Assembly: GCF_009914755.1 (NCBI RefSeq) | Contig: NC_060928.1 | Length of the DNA stretch: 64,000 nucleotides | DNA from: the human T2T-CHM13v2.0 reference genome, Homo sapiens | Strand: one strand, 5' to 3' | Part shown: piece by piece, positions 28,040 through 45,847 of the stretch | How the letters are laid out: the number at the start of each line of letters is the position of its first letter | Position numbering within the stretch: position 1 is the first letter of the stretch | Notes under the pieces: generated by a model | Database searches by the model: none | What the model was told of the DNA's origin: nothing | The model's input: only the letters and a program-made list of their open reading frames with translations | Made by a program: the position numbers and the translations under genes

Positions 28040-28310
28040 TTGAATATGCCAGGATAAAAGGAAACATTAAGAGTTTAAAGTCACATACGTTGGGACACAA
28101 AATGCACAATAACTGAATGGGAAATACGTTCTTCTTATTAGTAAGTAATGATTGTGAAAAATAGAGGTATTTTAATTGATTTTAATTTAAATAAGGATTG
28201 ACTATGTGGAGGATATTATAATTCTATCAGTATTTCAGAAACATAAGAATGCTGCTTAGAATAAATAATTCAAAAAACACAGTACTTTGATCTGGTCAGA
28301 TCACATCTCA
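28040..28310 (+). mobile_element. Ancient CR1/L3 LINE fragment
   Basis: AAAGTCACATACGTTGGGACACAAAATGCAC...GTGAAAAATAGAGGTATTTTAATTGA...GATCTGGTCAGATCACATCT resembles the CR1 3' region. Confidence 0.45.
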
Positions 28311-28319
28311 CTTTTGAAC

Positions 28320-29330
28320 ATTTTGTTTGATTTTTTTATTACATTTATTTAGTGTAACAGTCAAAAGGCATAAGGATGTAAACAATGAAAATATTTTCTT
28401 GAATCACAGTCCTCTATCTTCTTGGTTTCCATCCCTCTCAAACTCTCTCTTGAGTTTCCTTATGTCTGATAAGAAAACACAATTATGAATTATCCCCTTC
28501 CCCCATTTTACATATATAGGCAATATTTATATTTTGCTTGTTTTCCATTAAAATATATTTTAAAATATGCCCAACTTGAAACATAAAGTCTTTTTTATTA
28601 TTTTTACTGCTGCAGAATTTTCCATTGAATTTTATTCAGTCCTCTATTGATAAACACTTTTGTTGTTCCCAATTGTTTGAAATTATAAGTGATACTTCAG
28701 TGAAAATATGTCAAATGTTTTGTTTCACATAAAGTTGCATAATCATGTGGGATATTCTTATATGTAGAGTTAATGTCTCACAGTGTATGGGAGATCATTT
28801 ATAAGTTTAATATATGTCATCAAATTGACCTCTTAGTATCATACTTTAAGTATAATTCTGGTGCAATGCACATATCTTTGCATATTTTTCTATTAGATTA
28901 TTAATCTTTTTTATCATTCACTAGAATCTTCTAGCTTGTTAGCAAGAGTCATCTCTTTTCATGATATAAGTTGCCAAGACTTTTTGTGTTTTGGTATTTA
29001 TCTTTTGACTTTAGAGTATTTTTTGGGTCAGTCAAAAAAATTGAACTCATTTTTTGTTGATATGGTCTATTTTTTCAATCTTTTTATTTCTACTTTGAGA
29101 TTGTGCCATAGTTTTAAAACAAAAGTTTCTCTAATTTAGAAAAAAACTTCCTTGTCTTTCTCTAACATTTTTGTCTCATTGTTTATAGTTAGAATTTTGA
29201 TCTATTTGGAATTAATATTGTATAGTTTGAATTATATATCCAACACTTTTTTCCAGGTCATTAGCTTTTTATTCCAGCAATATTTAGTCTATTTATCCCT
29301 CTATCATCATTGCTTTCAAATGTCACTTCT
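28320..29330 (-). mobile_element. Old L1 (L1ME-like) 3' fragments
   Basis: TGCTGCAGAATTTTCCATTG...CCTCTATTGATAAACACTTTTGTTGTTCCCAA; TTTTTCCAGGTCATTAGCTTTTTATTCCAGCAATATTTA. Confidence 0.6.
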
Positions 29331-29712
29331 AGTAGAGGCAATTAGGACTCACCAGATAGTCCAAATGATTCCTTATATATTCTTGTCTACTGTGCAATTT
29401 GGCTGGGACCATATGTGTTCTTGTGTCTGAAGAGCAGTTACCAATTATAGTGGGTTTCTCTTTTGAATAGGAGGTCATTGAAAGCTGATGTGCCACACTC
29501 ATCCCATTTTCCTCCCTTCATGTCAACTCAACTGTCACATGTTGCAGAAGTTTTAATTCCACAGTGGCAGAGCCGTTATCAACCTAGGTACCCGAGTGAG
29601 CATGCATAACAAAACCTTGCCAGTCCATACTAGCCATGTAATGTGAACAAGAGATACAACACTGAAATTTGGAGGTTAATAACAGCAATATATCCTCTCC
29701 TAGCTAAAACGC
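29330..29712 (+). mobile_element. Old MaLR LTR (MLT1J/K-like)
   Basis: GTGGCAGAGCC...CAACCTAGGTACCCGAGTGA...CATGTAATGTGAACAAGAGATAC..CACTGAAATTTGGAGG. Confidence 0.5.
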
Positions 29713-31073
29713 TAAGCCATATTTGTCTTATACTAAAAACACATGTCTATTTAAACATATTTCTTAATTTTTATTTCCATTAGTGTGTGTGTGTGTGTAT
29801 GTGTGTGTGAGGAGATACCTACCAAGATTGACAAGGAGGCCCCTTCCTGTCCTCTTTTTTTTATAGCTTAACAGAAAAGTATCTCACAGGCCTAGATAGC
29901 TTAAAGTAAGGATACATCAATGACACAGAATTCTCGAGTCTCATTTTTTTTCTGCAAAGATGACTTTACCAATTTGGGAACTAGATTTTTGAAACATTTT
30001 AGTATTTACAAATTTCCTTGTACATACAAAGAGGTTTTGCAAAAGAATTACTTGGCCACATTGATGGTACTAGCACTCAAAAGACATACATTATCTCTAG
30101 TTAAAATGCTGCATTTGGAGTTTAAGACCATCACCATTAATATAAATCTCAAGTATCTTGGATATCCATATTTATATTGAATTGCTCTAAATAGATCTAC
30201 ATCTATAATTATCATTAAGGCTATAATCTTACATATTTATAAACACATTGATTTAATCAATGTTTGACAGTTTTACATTCATGCCAAAAATTGATTACCA
30301 ATTTAAAACAATGTGGATGTCTTTAAATGTATTGCTAAAATAGTTTTTATTTGTTGTAGGAAACTTTGAAAATTGAATAAAAGTTAGGTCAATCTATATA
30401 GAATAGAAATAAAATATTTAAAAAGACTGCACAGTATTTCTTAGAGTTTACAGATTCTACTGAATTTATTAAAGAGACTATCTGCCTCACTTTTTTTCCT
30501 ATAAAGTGGAGATAGTAAGAGATAATCATTGTAAAGATTTTGACAACTCTATGTCACAACAAAGAGTGTTAGAATTAGCATTATAGCTACCTCAAAAATT
30601 ATGACTACATTTAAAAAACTAAAGCCTTTGGAAGAATCAATGGGATACAAAATGCCAATAATTATTAATATTATTAACATTGAAAATGCTGACAGTGTTC
30701 AAAGACTAATACTTTTAAGATAATCATCACCTTAGTATGAAAATTTTTTAAGTTTTTAGTTGTAATAAATGTTCATTATTTTTAAAAAGATCATACTTGG
30801 AAGGTTTGAAAGGTATAAAAATATCAAATTCTTTTTTTAAAAAGCTCTAAGATTTGGTGGTCGTATTCTTTGGAGGTTGAAAAAAAATATCGAGGAATAG
30901 CATTTAGCACACAAATTCAGTCACTGCATTGTTCAGATGGCTATTTTTTTCTACCATCATTATTTTCTGTTAACATGGATTCCACTCAAAACAAAACAAG
31001 AGGCTGACCATTTTTCTAAAGTTTTATTCCTTATATTGGGGAGAATGTGATGAGTAAGAACAGAATAAATGTT

Positions 31074-31123
31074 TATGTCTTTCTAAAATAAATATTTATA
31101 TGTCTTTCTAAAATAAATATTTA
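31074..31123. repeat. Perfect 25-bp tandem duplication
   Basis: TATGTCTTTCTAAAATAAATATTTA twice (31074-31098, 31099-31123). Confidence 0.95.
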
Positions 31124-33121
31124 TAACCATGGTTAATATTAATAATGGAGAAATAAATCATGCTCTGCCTCATTGATGTCTTTATCATGCCTCCTTAGGT
31201 GTGTATCGCTGCTTATTCCAACATTTGGTCATTGCCAACATTTTTAGGTTGACTTGATTTACAGCATCTTCCGTAATTAAATAATTTCTGTACTCTAGCC
31301 AAGCATTATAAGATTTATCTCATGCCTACCTGGACTCTAAATTTATTCTGGAAATTAGCTGGCATGAATTTATTTTCTCTATTCTCATTTGATAATTTTT
31401 CAGATACATCAACTGTTTTGCCAATATTTTATTAAGATATATCCACTCTTTTTTCCTTTGGATTTTCATGAATTTGATGGCTTTTCTGCAAAGTTTTCTA
31501 GAACCATATTTTATTCTAAAAACATTGTAACTATAGCTCATCTGGAAGAAAACTCAGAGTTAATTATTCATAAATTTGAATGTTGCTTCTATTGACCTTG
31601 TAAATGATTATATTTGATAATCTTGACCTGATTTATTAGGTGCTTTTGCTTACAATACCTCATGTATTTTATATATTATATACTACATTTACATAAGACT
31701 GCATAGAATACATGAATTGTGTATAATACACATGTAAATATAACACAATAAGGAATATGTGCATCATACACATTTCAAATATACACATATGGTATACATC
31801 AGAGAGTAACTGTCTCTGCCTCTGGTGTCAAATTTTATAAATAAAAAATAATGATGCCAGGTGCTGTAACATATTTACTAGCACCACTTCATCTTCATCT
31901 TTCTGTAAATTTCTTCTCAAACATAGTCTAATTTTAAGATAATTCCTCTCTTTCTGTTTTCAAATTTTGTGCCAGAAAATAACTAGAAGTCATTCATATA
32001 CTAGATTCCATTTCCCGCAATTTATATGTAATATTTATGAGTTTTGTTAGTTAAAACCAATCCAAGCAGACTTTCTTCTGTTGCAGTTATCATTAGGCAG
32101 TTTAATTTTGTCTCTCTACTAAGATGTTTGTTTGCCCTTCAACTTTCTTAAACATTTTTCCATTTTTCTCTCTGCAATTTAACCTATCAACTGATGTGTT
32201 GCAGTATTGGCAATTCTACTTTATTTTCCAATTTTCTGGTACATGTTATGAATGAAATGTCTTCCTAGTTACAGAAACATTCTGTGTATCTGGCTTTCTC
32301 AGAATCCCTTTAAAGATACAGCAGGTAGAGTGACAACTGAAATGTTTAATGAAATGTTTCCTTTATGTATCCATTTGTGGGTGGTTAATAAGAGTCTAAA
32401 ACCCCCTTCAAAGTAGCGCATGTGTAGTACCTGTTCAGCTGGCACTGATTCTGTAGCCTTCTATATTGTCAGCAGCAGAGAATTTGAATCGTCATTAATT
32501 TTCTTATAACAGTAACTCAAATAATTTAAAAGTATTTATTGATAATGGATGCAAGATTAATGTAAATGAATTTGCTAGGAATAAGATAAGTTTTCTGGGA
32601 ACTAGATGAATTTACCTGAATAGAAAGGGAAAAGGGAAAATGACCTCAGAGATGGTGGCTTTCTCAGTCTGAAGTGGTCTGAATTCATTCATTCTTATGT
32701 CTTGAACACATGCTGCTGAGATTTGATATAGGTCTGGCTTCAAAGCACAGCTTTTTAAACACTTGTTTATATTCCCTAAGGGAGTATTACAGATCACAAT
32801 CTTTGAAAATAATTCAATAACACATTATTAATAAACAGACGACCCCCAAAATCAATGACTTAGAAATCAGTAGTTTCAAAATGAAGGTTGTAACAAAGAT
32901 GACATTAAAACTAATATCTAAATTACATTTTGATTAATTTTGGCCATTGCATTTTTCCAGAAAAAAATTAATGTCCTTTAATTTGTATTTGTTTGCCGTG
33001 TAATTGAATTTATGCATCTTTTAAAACAAAATCTCAATGATTTTTTTCTTCTAAATTTATGGTTATATCTTTCATTCCTAAACTTATCCAGTTTTTCTGG
33101 CTTCTCTGTCCTTTTATCTGA

Positions 33122-33214
33122 CTCTCTCTCTCTCTTTCCCTCTCTCTTTCTCTTGCTGTCTCTCTTTCTCTCTCTCTCTGTCTCTCTCTCTCTCTCTATA
33201 TATATATACATATA
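33122..33214. repeat. Compound (CT)n/(TA)n microsatellite
   Basis: Read directly. Confidence 0.9.
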
Positions 33215-33362
33215 GTGTTTTTACTTAAACAAATTCTAATTTGTCTCTGTGTATTTTAAAATAACAAAATTTTGTATTTATCATTTTTATGTTTTGATTT
33301 TTAGTTCTTTAATATTTTAATATTTTCAGCTTTTAAATTAAGGAACTTATATTTCTAGAAAG

Positions 33363-33651
<289 letters not shown>

Positions 33652-34389
33652 AGTTTAACTTGTTCTTTTGTTAAGTTTTTAGAAGATTAGTACAAGGTTT
33701 ATTTATTTTCCTTTTGTGTTAAGTAATAAAGGCACTAAAAGTAAATTAAAGGCATTCAAAGGCTTATATGGAAATACTCTTTTTCATTGGTTTGTGGATA
33801 GATTATCACTTTGAATTTCCTCTTTGACACAAAGGCTATCTAAAAGTAGGTTTTCTAATTTCAAAGAAGTTATAATTTTGAATAATTTTTATTATTTGTA
33901 TTTAATTCTATTGATTTCTAAAATGTAGATTTTTAAATGTCTTACTTTAAGAATTTTAAGCACTTTGTAGTAAACAATATGAAAAATTTTCTGCAAATGT
34001 TCCAAATGTATCCTTGATTTTATGCCTGAATTTAAGAGCATTACTGCTCTTTTGTTTTGCCATTTCTTGCTATTGCTTGAATTGCCCTTTATTTTTAAAC
34101 TTCTGCAAAATTAAGTATATATACTTTAAAATTTTACAGAAATAATTGAAATTCTGGTATTTCCATGCAATATACAGAATATATTTTCTACTAATAGAAT
34201 TTTCCTGTTTCAAGAATCCTTAATAACCACTTAACTAATTATCAATCTCTCAATCATTATATGTATATGTGTGTGTGTATATATATGTATGTAAATATAT
34301 ACATAGTCAGATAAAACATTTTGTTTTTCACTGCAGACAGCTTAAACATATTTTATTTCTTTTGGAGGTCTTTGCTTGTTTGTTTTGGG

Positions 34390-34390
<1 letters not shown>

Positions 34391-34425
<35 letters not shown>
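34391..34425. repeat. (TG)n microsatellite
   Basis: About 17 TG units. Confidence 0.95.
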
Positions 34426-34428
<3 letters not shown>

Positions 34429-34564
34429 GAGTTATTATTTATTGAGTATTTTCCTCAAATTGATATGCAGGATACATAGTCTGAAACATTTACTAGTTTA
34501 CACATATATTTATTTAATCTGCTCTGTGAAAATTATCTTGACTGCCATATGTTTCTTGGGCTAA

Positions 34565-34727
34565 ACTTCTCAGATTTTAATGTGCATATGAATCTATCAG
34601 TATTTTAATAAAATGCAGACCTGACATTGTAAGTCTGAGATGAAGTCTGATACTCTGTTTCTCTAAGAAGCCCACAGGTGATGCCAATATTTCCACTCTG
34701 TAGATTGCAAATAATTTAAATAGTAAG
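34565..34727. mobile_element. MER5-type hAT-Charlie DNA transposon remnant
   Basis: TTCTCAGATTTTAATGTGCATATGAATC...TAAAATGCAGA...CTAAGAAGCCCACAGGTGATGCCAAT. Confidence 0.65.
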
Positions 34728-34837
34728 GTTGTACTTTGCCATTCTTATCTCTCTGTAGTCTATAGATGTTATTCTATAACTTTTTGTCTATAGATGTTAC
34801 TCTATATCTTTTTGCTACTCTATATGCTGTCTGATTC

Positions 34838-35155
34838 TTTTTTCTTTAACTTTTCTTTTTTTTCTTTTTTTGAAATGGGGTCTCACTCTGTGGCCCAGGC
34901 TGGAGTGGTGCAGTGGCATGATCTCAGCTCACTGCAACATCCACCTCCTGGTTCAAGCGATTCTCCTGCCTCAGCCTCCTGAGTAGCTGGAATTCAAATT
35001 GCACACCACCACACCTGTCTAATTTTTGTATTTTTAGTAGAGAAGGGGTTTCGCCATGTTGGCCAGGCTGGTCTTAATCTCCTGACCTCAGGTGATCCAC
35101 CTGCCTCAGCCTCCAAAAGTGCTGGTATTACAGGAGTAAGCCACCGTGCCTGGCC
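34838..35155 (-). mobile_element. AluSx-like, full length
   Basis: T-rich tail, TCTCACTCTGTGGCCCAGGCTGG...CCTGACCTCAGGTGATCCACC...AGCCACCGTGCCTGGCC; flanks TGATT(C/A)TTTTT. Confidence 0.92.
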
Positions 35156-37199
35156 TGATTATTTTTCTTCTGTTAGTTATTTATGCATTTTTCCAGAGAG
35201 CTTGATAATTATTTTCTCCTTACACTTACAGCTCGATAATATTTTTTATTATAATTCTGGGTGTACTTCCTGATGTTGGTGAAGGTTTAAATTTGCTGAT
35301 TTAGGTTCTCCTTTCTGTATTAAAATAAATTTCTGTTGTTTAATGGTCACATTTTATTATTTCACATTAGATCTCATGGATCTCATGTACTTTTCTTTTA
35401 GTATTTTAATCCTGTGTTTTGAGATAGTTTCCTTCAATAATTGTAGGATACCATTTTTATTTTCATTAGTGATCATGTTTTTCTCCAATTCAATTACATC
35501 TTTTTACTTGAAGATTATTTTGTTAGTGACAGTATTTTTATTTTTGTACTATACTTGAAACACCCCAAGGGTTTAATAACAACACTAAAACTCTTGTTAT
35601 TGTTTCTTTTCTTCAAGTTGTCTTTTATTTCCCCTGCCCTTTCTTTGCAGTAGAGATCTATTTGGATTGGTCTTTTGTTCTCTCTGTTGGAATAGCAGGC
35701 TTCAGTGTGATTTTGGTTTTGCTTTCCTGCTTGTTAGGGAGCCTTAGGGACAACAGTGGAAGCTGCTATGGCCCTTAATACCTCAAACTAGTGGCATGGC
35801 CTTAGCCAATTTCCTGGTCCCATTTCTAGGTACTGAGAATAAGTCATTTTCCCCCGTCCTTCATATTTACTGGTAGTCTTAGGGATGGAGAAAACTTAGT
35901 TAAAGCCTTAGCAACTTTTTATTTTCTGGTGGCAAGGATTACTGCGCATTCCCACCCTGACTGATGAGTCCAAGGATCTTCACAGACGAAGGAAGCGCCA
36001 CATTCAAATCTTTGTCCAGAGGCTTTTTATATTTAAAGTCTAATCTAAAAATAAGAATGTGCAACACTGGGCCTCTGTTCTGTCTCCTTCAGGATCTGTC
36101 TCAGCAGGGAAATGGATTAGGTAAGCTTTTTGCTTGATTTTACATTGCGGATGTATGTTAGGTGGTAAAATCATAGTTTTCTATCTAACCTAAATCTCCC
36201 TGTTTCTCCCATGAATACTTCAAACGAAATAATTTGAAATATGACTGATGGAGTCCAGTACATTCCCATTATATGTGAAGAATTTGGATAAAAATAGTCT
36301 TTATGGCAGCCAAGTTTTAAGTTCGCTATTGTTCATAAAATTATTTCTGGAAATTGTAAGTGGTTGTTTTATTCTCTTCTGAGAGCGGACATGTCATAGC
36401 CATGTCCCTGATTTTTCTGAGCTATTTTTATTGGTGTTTTTAAAACATGTATCTACTTTATTTTTTTATCAGTGATATTCATATAGAATGCAGAAAAAAC
36501 AGGATCTATGAAAATGACATTTGCTTGTTGAGTAACGTAAGAAAAGTAATATATTAGCATGGTGAGTACTCCACTGGTATGGCACTCTAGGAAACTGAAT
36601 GTTGGGGTAAATGTATTAGGTCTTCTTTTCTAATTTGAAGTTATTTTAATTATGTCTAAGACAATAGAACATAGAGATTTAACAGTCATCTTTATTGAGC
36701 ACTGAATTGTACCTGGTTTATAATTCAGGATTATAAAATTAATATTATTTTTGTAGCCAATATTATTAACTTTGAGAAGAATTTAGTAAGAGTATCCATT
36801 TAACAATGTCAGCATTGGAACAAAGTGTAAATAGTTTTTGCTATCATACTCAATCCATTTATAAAGAAAATTTGAAGTATTTATAGATCCCATACATATT
36901 TTTAAATTTATGCATTTATCTTGAATAATAAAATAATTCTATATAAAACATTCTTAAAAATACAATGCACTTTGGATTATGATTTTTTAATAACACTAGA
37001 TTACTATTGCTAGGTTCCCTCTACTTTCTGCCTGTTCACAATAACCTAGCAGTTCTGACCTAAAGATTTTGAAGACTGTCTTCTTGAATAATGAATGCAA
37101 TTTAAACTAGATTCTAAATATGTTGATGTCTTACAGGGCCACATTTCTCAGAATTCCAATGTCAGATACATATTAGAACTAGGTTTCCAGTTTTTTTTG

Positions 37200-38222
37200 T
37201 ATTTCTGTATACTTTTTATTGAAATGCTTTTAGCAAGTGCACATATCTTAAGTGCATATTCCAATAGATATTTACGAAATACATCCCTTTATAATCAAGA
37301 TATAGGAAACTGCCAGAACCCAGAAGTCTTCCACATGTCTCCTTTTTCTTAGACATTGTTTTTGATGATGTTGACCATTTTGAGAAGTACTGGTCAGATA
37401 TTTTGTAGCATGTCTTTGGTATGGGATTTTTCTGATTTTTCTGATGCTTTTCTTATGATTAGACTGGGGTCATAGGTTTTGTAGTGAAGGCTGCAGAGGT
37501 AAGTTGCCATTCTCATCATATCACATCAAGGACACATAAAATAAAAAAATCACTGTTGATGCTAATCTAAGCTGAAGTAACATTTGTCGGGTTTCTCCGC
37601 TGTAAAGTTCTCTTTTTTCCTCCTTTTTGCGGTACTGTTAGGAAAGAGTAACTATGCATGGCCCGCAATGAAAGAGTGGCAAGTTAGGCTCTACTATCCT
37701 GAGGGCAGAATATGCATAGAAATTATTCTGAATTCTTCTGTACAGGAAAGTTGTCTCTTCTTCCCCGTTTATTTATTAACTCGATCAATTAGTTGCATCA
37801 CTATAAAGTCATAGTTATTTTATACTTTGGGTTATAATTTAACACTATTTTATTTATTTGGTTGTTAAAATTGTTCCAGCTTTTGTCAACAAGAGCAATT
37901 TCAGTTGGCTCCTATGTTGCTCTGAAAAAATCTAATCATTATGGAATTTTTTTTTTTAGCACTTTCTAACTTTCTGGCACATCAAGGTGCTCCAGGTTCA
38001 TATTGCATATTTTTTGCCTGAGAATCAGTCATGTCTCCAAAAAGCACTTGATCTTTTTATTGATGAATGGAGTTAGATACCAAGATATGGGCACTAAATA
38101 TCCTTGTTACTATGGGCATGTTACTTTTAGGCTCTCTCAGCTGATTGAAAAAGGGAATATACAAATGCATACAAACCCATGTATATATCATATATTCATG
38201 AATATTTTTATGGGTAGTCATC
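37200..38222 (-). mobile_element. Old L1 (L1MC-like) 3' region; resumes at about 42404-42830
   Basis: TTTTGAGAAGTACTGGTCAGATATTTTGTAG...TTAGACTGGGGTCATAGG...GGTGCTCCAGGTTCATATTG; continues with AAGCTAAACATGAGTTCATACTGATG after 42404. Confidence 0.8.
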
Positions 38223-38534
38223 TGTATTAGTTTCTTTAGGCTGTAATTAACAAAGTACTACAATCTAAGTGTGTTAAAAAGACAGAAATGTATTATGTCA
38301 CAGTTCTGAAGTCTAGAAGTCTGAATTCAAGGGACCAGCACAGTCATGCTCCCCCTGTGTGACCTACAGAGGAAAATTCCTTCTTGCCTCTTTCTAGCTT
38401 CTGGTGCTGAGACAGAAACTTGCTGGAAATTTTCAGCATTCCTTCACTTGCAGCAACATCACTTCAATCTCTGCCTCTGTGATCACATGGACTTTTCCCC
38501 TTGTGTGCCTGTCTCTGTATCTCTTTTCTTTTTA

Positions 38535-41789
<3,255 letters not shown>

Positions 41790-42236
41790 GTGGCACTATT
41801 CACAGTAGCAAAGACTTGGACCCAACCCAAATGTCCTTCAATGATAGACTGGAGTAAGAAAATGTGGAACGTATATACCATGGAATACTATGCAGCCATA
41901 AAAGGAGATGATTTTATGTCCTTTGCAGGGACATGGATGAAGCTGGAAACCATCACTGTCAGCAAACTATCACAAGGACAGAAAATCAAACACTGCATGT
42001 TCTCACTCCTAAATGGGAGTTGAACAATGAGAACACTTTGACACAGGGCAGGGAATATCACACACCGGGGCCTGTCAGGGGGTGGGGGCTGGGGGAGGGA
42101 TAGCATTGGAGAAATACCTAATATAAATGACAAGTTGATGGGTGTAGCAAACCAACATGGCACATGTATACCTATATAACAAACCTGCACATTGTGCACA
42201 TGTATCCTAGAACTTAAAGTATAATTAAAAAAAAAA
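41790..42236 (+). mobile_element. L1PA sense 3' end (ORF2 C-terminus, 3'UTR, poly-A) of the same insertion
   Basis: ALFTVAKTWTQPKCPS..MEYYAAIK; G-rich 3'UTR; TAGAACTTAAAGTATAATTAAAAAA; TSD AAAAAGACACCTTTC at 38534-38548 and 42232-42246. Confidence 0.96.
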
Positions 42237-42829
42237 GACACCTTTCATATGAGATTAAGGACCCATTCTACTACATTATGGCCTCATCCAAACTAATGAA
42301 CTTATTATACAATGACCCTTTTTCTAAATCAGATCACATTTGAAGGTACTGGTGCTTAGGACGTCAACATAGAGTTTTTGGAGACAAAACTCAACCCATA
42401 ACACTATCTATATCTGCATTAAGCTAAACATGAGTTCATACTGATGCTTCCAACTCTAATTCATTACCATATGGACTATTCTTGCCTTATTTACTTGCTT
42501 ATCTGCTACCTTCCAATTTAACAGTCAGAACGTTTGCTCCTTTTATCTACCTCCATTTACTTTATTCAACCTCTGTATGCATGTTGTTGAGTTTTAAGAG
42601 TTCTTTGTATGTTTTGGATAGAAATCTTTTGTATGTTTTAGATAGAAACCAGATACTGTAAACAGGTTTTCCTAGTCTGTGGCTTTTTATTCTCTTAACA
42701 GTGTTTTAAAGAGCAGAAATTTTTTTATTTTAAAAAAGTCTAATTTATAAAGCATTTTTCTTAATGGATGATGATGTTAGTGTCATATGTAAAAACTTAT
42801 CATCAAATACCATGTTATACACATTTCAT

Positions 42830-44420
42830 ATAGATAGGGTTACTTGATGAATTAATACTTAAATTTATTGATATAGTTTAATTAACGTCTGTCATTTTAC
42901 ATTTTGTTTTCTGTATGTCTCATATCTTAGTGTATATGTTTCCACCTCTTCTTTATTGATTTATTTTAGAATAAGAGACTATTTTCTAATGTAACATTTT
43001 AATGTCTTTAATCATTTTACACTATTTAGTTTTAAGTTATTTCTTTGGTGATTTCTCAAAGTCTACCATATAAATCTTAACTAACCAGAATCTGTCTCAG
43101 ATATATACTGATTTAATTACAGTGAGATATAGAAAAGCCACTCCCATATAACTCAATTACATTTTCCTCTTTTTTAAGGTATTAATATTATACACATTTT
43201 ATTTATATATGTTATCTATTCAGCAGTACATTTTTATAATTAATATTTTATATTTTTATGTGCCTTAAGGAAGGTAAGAAAGGAATGGGGAGCAACTATA
43301 TATTTATGTATTTTGATATATTTATTTTCTATTTGCTATCTCACTTTTTCTTGTGAGTTTCATTGATAATTGGGAGTCAGTTTCTCAGCCTATTCTTGCC
43401 TTACTAGCACAAAGAAGATGTGTCTATGCATACTAACTCATGTATATATGGGACACAAAAGAGATGTGTCTCCTTTGTGCTAGCATGGGAAAATACATTA
43501 TATTTCTATGTGTATGCTTGACAATATAATTATATATATTGATTTTTAATTCATCTGAGAGAAGAAAGGAGATAAAATATGCATTTACAGTGTTTTTTAC
43601 AATTTCATAGTGATCTTCACTATTTTTTTTTCACACAGCTTTAAACTATTGTTTGGACTCACTTGCTACCAGTCTGAGAAATTTCCTTTTTTTTTTTTCT
43701 TTTTCTTTTTTTTTTATTTGCCGAGATGGAAAGTGAAGTCTGACAAACTTTCTTTGTTATTTCCTGTAAATCAGTTCTACTCACTACAAGTTCTTTTAGA
43801 TTTTGTTTTTCTTGTAATGTTATTTCAGCTAGATTTTTGAAAGATAACTTTGCTGAATGTAGTATGTAGTTTCCTTGGATGACACGGATTTTTTTTTTAC
43901 TTTTTGAACATTTTGAATATGTGATTCTACAGCTCTCTAGCTACCATTATTTCTGATGAGAAGTAAACTGCTAATCCTGTTCGGGATTATACGGAAGTAA
44001 TCATTTTCTCTTACTGCTTTCAAGATTTCTTCTTGTCTTTAACGGTCAGCATATTCACTATGACATATCTGTAGATATTTTTTGTGTTTATCCAACTTAG
44101 ATTATGATCATTTTCTTTAATGAATAAATTAACTATTTTCATCAAATTTTGGACGTTTTTAGACATTATTTGCTTAAAAAAATTATTTCCTCTCCTTTGA
44201 CCTTCCCATTTGTATGTTGTTGCACTTAGTAGTCCCTAACATTTCCCTGAGACTATATTCATGTTCCCTCATTCTTTCTCTCTACTCTTCCAATTGCATA
44301 ATCATTATTGATATATCTTTATGTTAGCTGTGTTTCCCATTGAAAGTCAACTGATGAACCTGTATAGTAAATTTTTAATTTTAGTTATTGTACTTGCAGC
44401 TCCAGAATTTCCATATATGA
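42830..44420 (-). mobile_element. Old L1M ORF1/inter-ORF region remnant
   Basis: TTTTGAAAGATAACTTTGCTG...ATTTCTGATGAGAAGT...TGCTTTCAAGATTTC...TTCATCAAATTTTGGACGTTTTTAGACATTATT. Confidence 0.65.
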
Positions 44421-44429
44421 TTGTTAATT

Positions 44430-45847
44430 GGTGCCTTAGTTAGTCTGTGCAATGAGAACATGTTTCCCGATGTCCCCGATGCTTGTGGATCTTTGTTCAT
44501 GTCTGGGTATTGAAGAGTTAGATATTTAGTCTAATCTTGACAGTCTGGACTTCTTGCTGTCCATCCTTCTTGAGAGGGCTTTCCAAGAATTCCAAAGAGA
44601 TTGTGTGTTGCTACTTATGCCTGTGATCACTGCAGCCCTATAAACACTCAGAGTGGCCTAAGCCCAGTAACTCTTTGAGTCTTGCAGACTCCTAGATCCA
44701 CAGCCTTGGTGGAATTGGTGAAGATAAACGATTATACCTTGGTTCCCAGGTAAGGCAGCTCACTCTGTTCTCTCACTTTCCCTCAAGCAGAAGGAATCTC
44801 TTTATGCTGGCCTGCCTAAAGTTAGGGGAGGGGTGATATTGGACTCTCCCAGGGCCACAACAGCTGGAACTGTGCTGGGTCACACCTCAACCCCACAGCC
44901 TCCCAAACCAGCACAGTACTGAGGTTTGCCCAAGTCTGTAGCTGCTATTGTTTGGCTGCAGCTGATGTTTCTTTAAGGCCCGAGGCCACTTGATTCAGCA
45001 GGTGGTGAATCCTTCTGGGGCTGGATTCATCTCACCAGAGCAGCAGATTTCTTGCTAACCCAGGGTGGGTCTAGAAATTTGATCCAGGAGCAGAGGCCTG
45101 GAACCAGGGGCTTCAGGAATTTCCTGGTGCTTTTTTTTACTTTGGCAGAGCTGGCATTCAAGTTGCAAGACAACGTCTTCTGTACACTTTGCCCTCCTTC
45201 CACCAAGCAGAAGTTTTCCTCTCTCTGCACTTACTGGAGTTTGGGGAAGAATGATGCAGGCACTCCCACAGCCACTGCAGCTAATGTTACACTGGGTTAC
45301 ACCCCAAGCCCACCGCTTTCCAGACAAGCACATCATCAGAGCATGTCCAAGACTGCAACTTCTGTGGCCTGACTGCCACTCAAATTTATTTGGGTTCTTA
45401 GACTGTTTTAATCAACTAACTGGTGGTGAAGCTGGCTGAGATAAGGGTTCCTCTGTCTGGGGCAAATGATAGTTCTCTCACCCAGGGCTGGGGTAAATGC
45501 TCCCTCCATGAGCAGAAGCAAAATTCTGCCTGTATTGTGTTCCTCTGCAACAGGGAGCACTGAATTTTAATGCAAAGTCACACACTCACTTTGCTCTCCC
45601 TCTCACAAACACACAGATTCTCTCTGTGCCGTACTGCCTGGCCTTAGGGAAAGGGTGGTGTAGACAATGCAAGACTGTCCTTCCTACCCTCTTCAATGCC
45701 TCTTTCCTTGTATTTATGTTAAAAGAAGGAACTGTTCTCACCTGATTTTTTTGGTTCTTATGAAGGTGCTTTCTTGTTTGGATCATTGTTCAATTTGGTG
45801 TTCCTGTGGGGAGATAATCACTGAAAGGTTCTAATCAGCTGTCTTTA
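44430..45847 (-). mobile_element. L1M/L1MA-type 5'UTR and ORF1 start
   Basis: GC-richer block ending GTTCAATTTGGTGTTCCTGTGGGGAGATAATCACTGAAAGGTTCTAATCAGCTGTCTT, resembling an antisense L1M 5' terminus. Confidence 0.7.
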
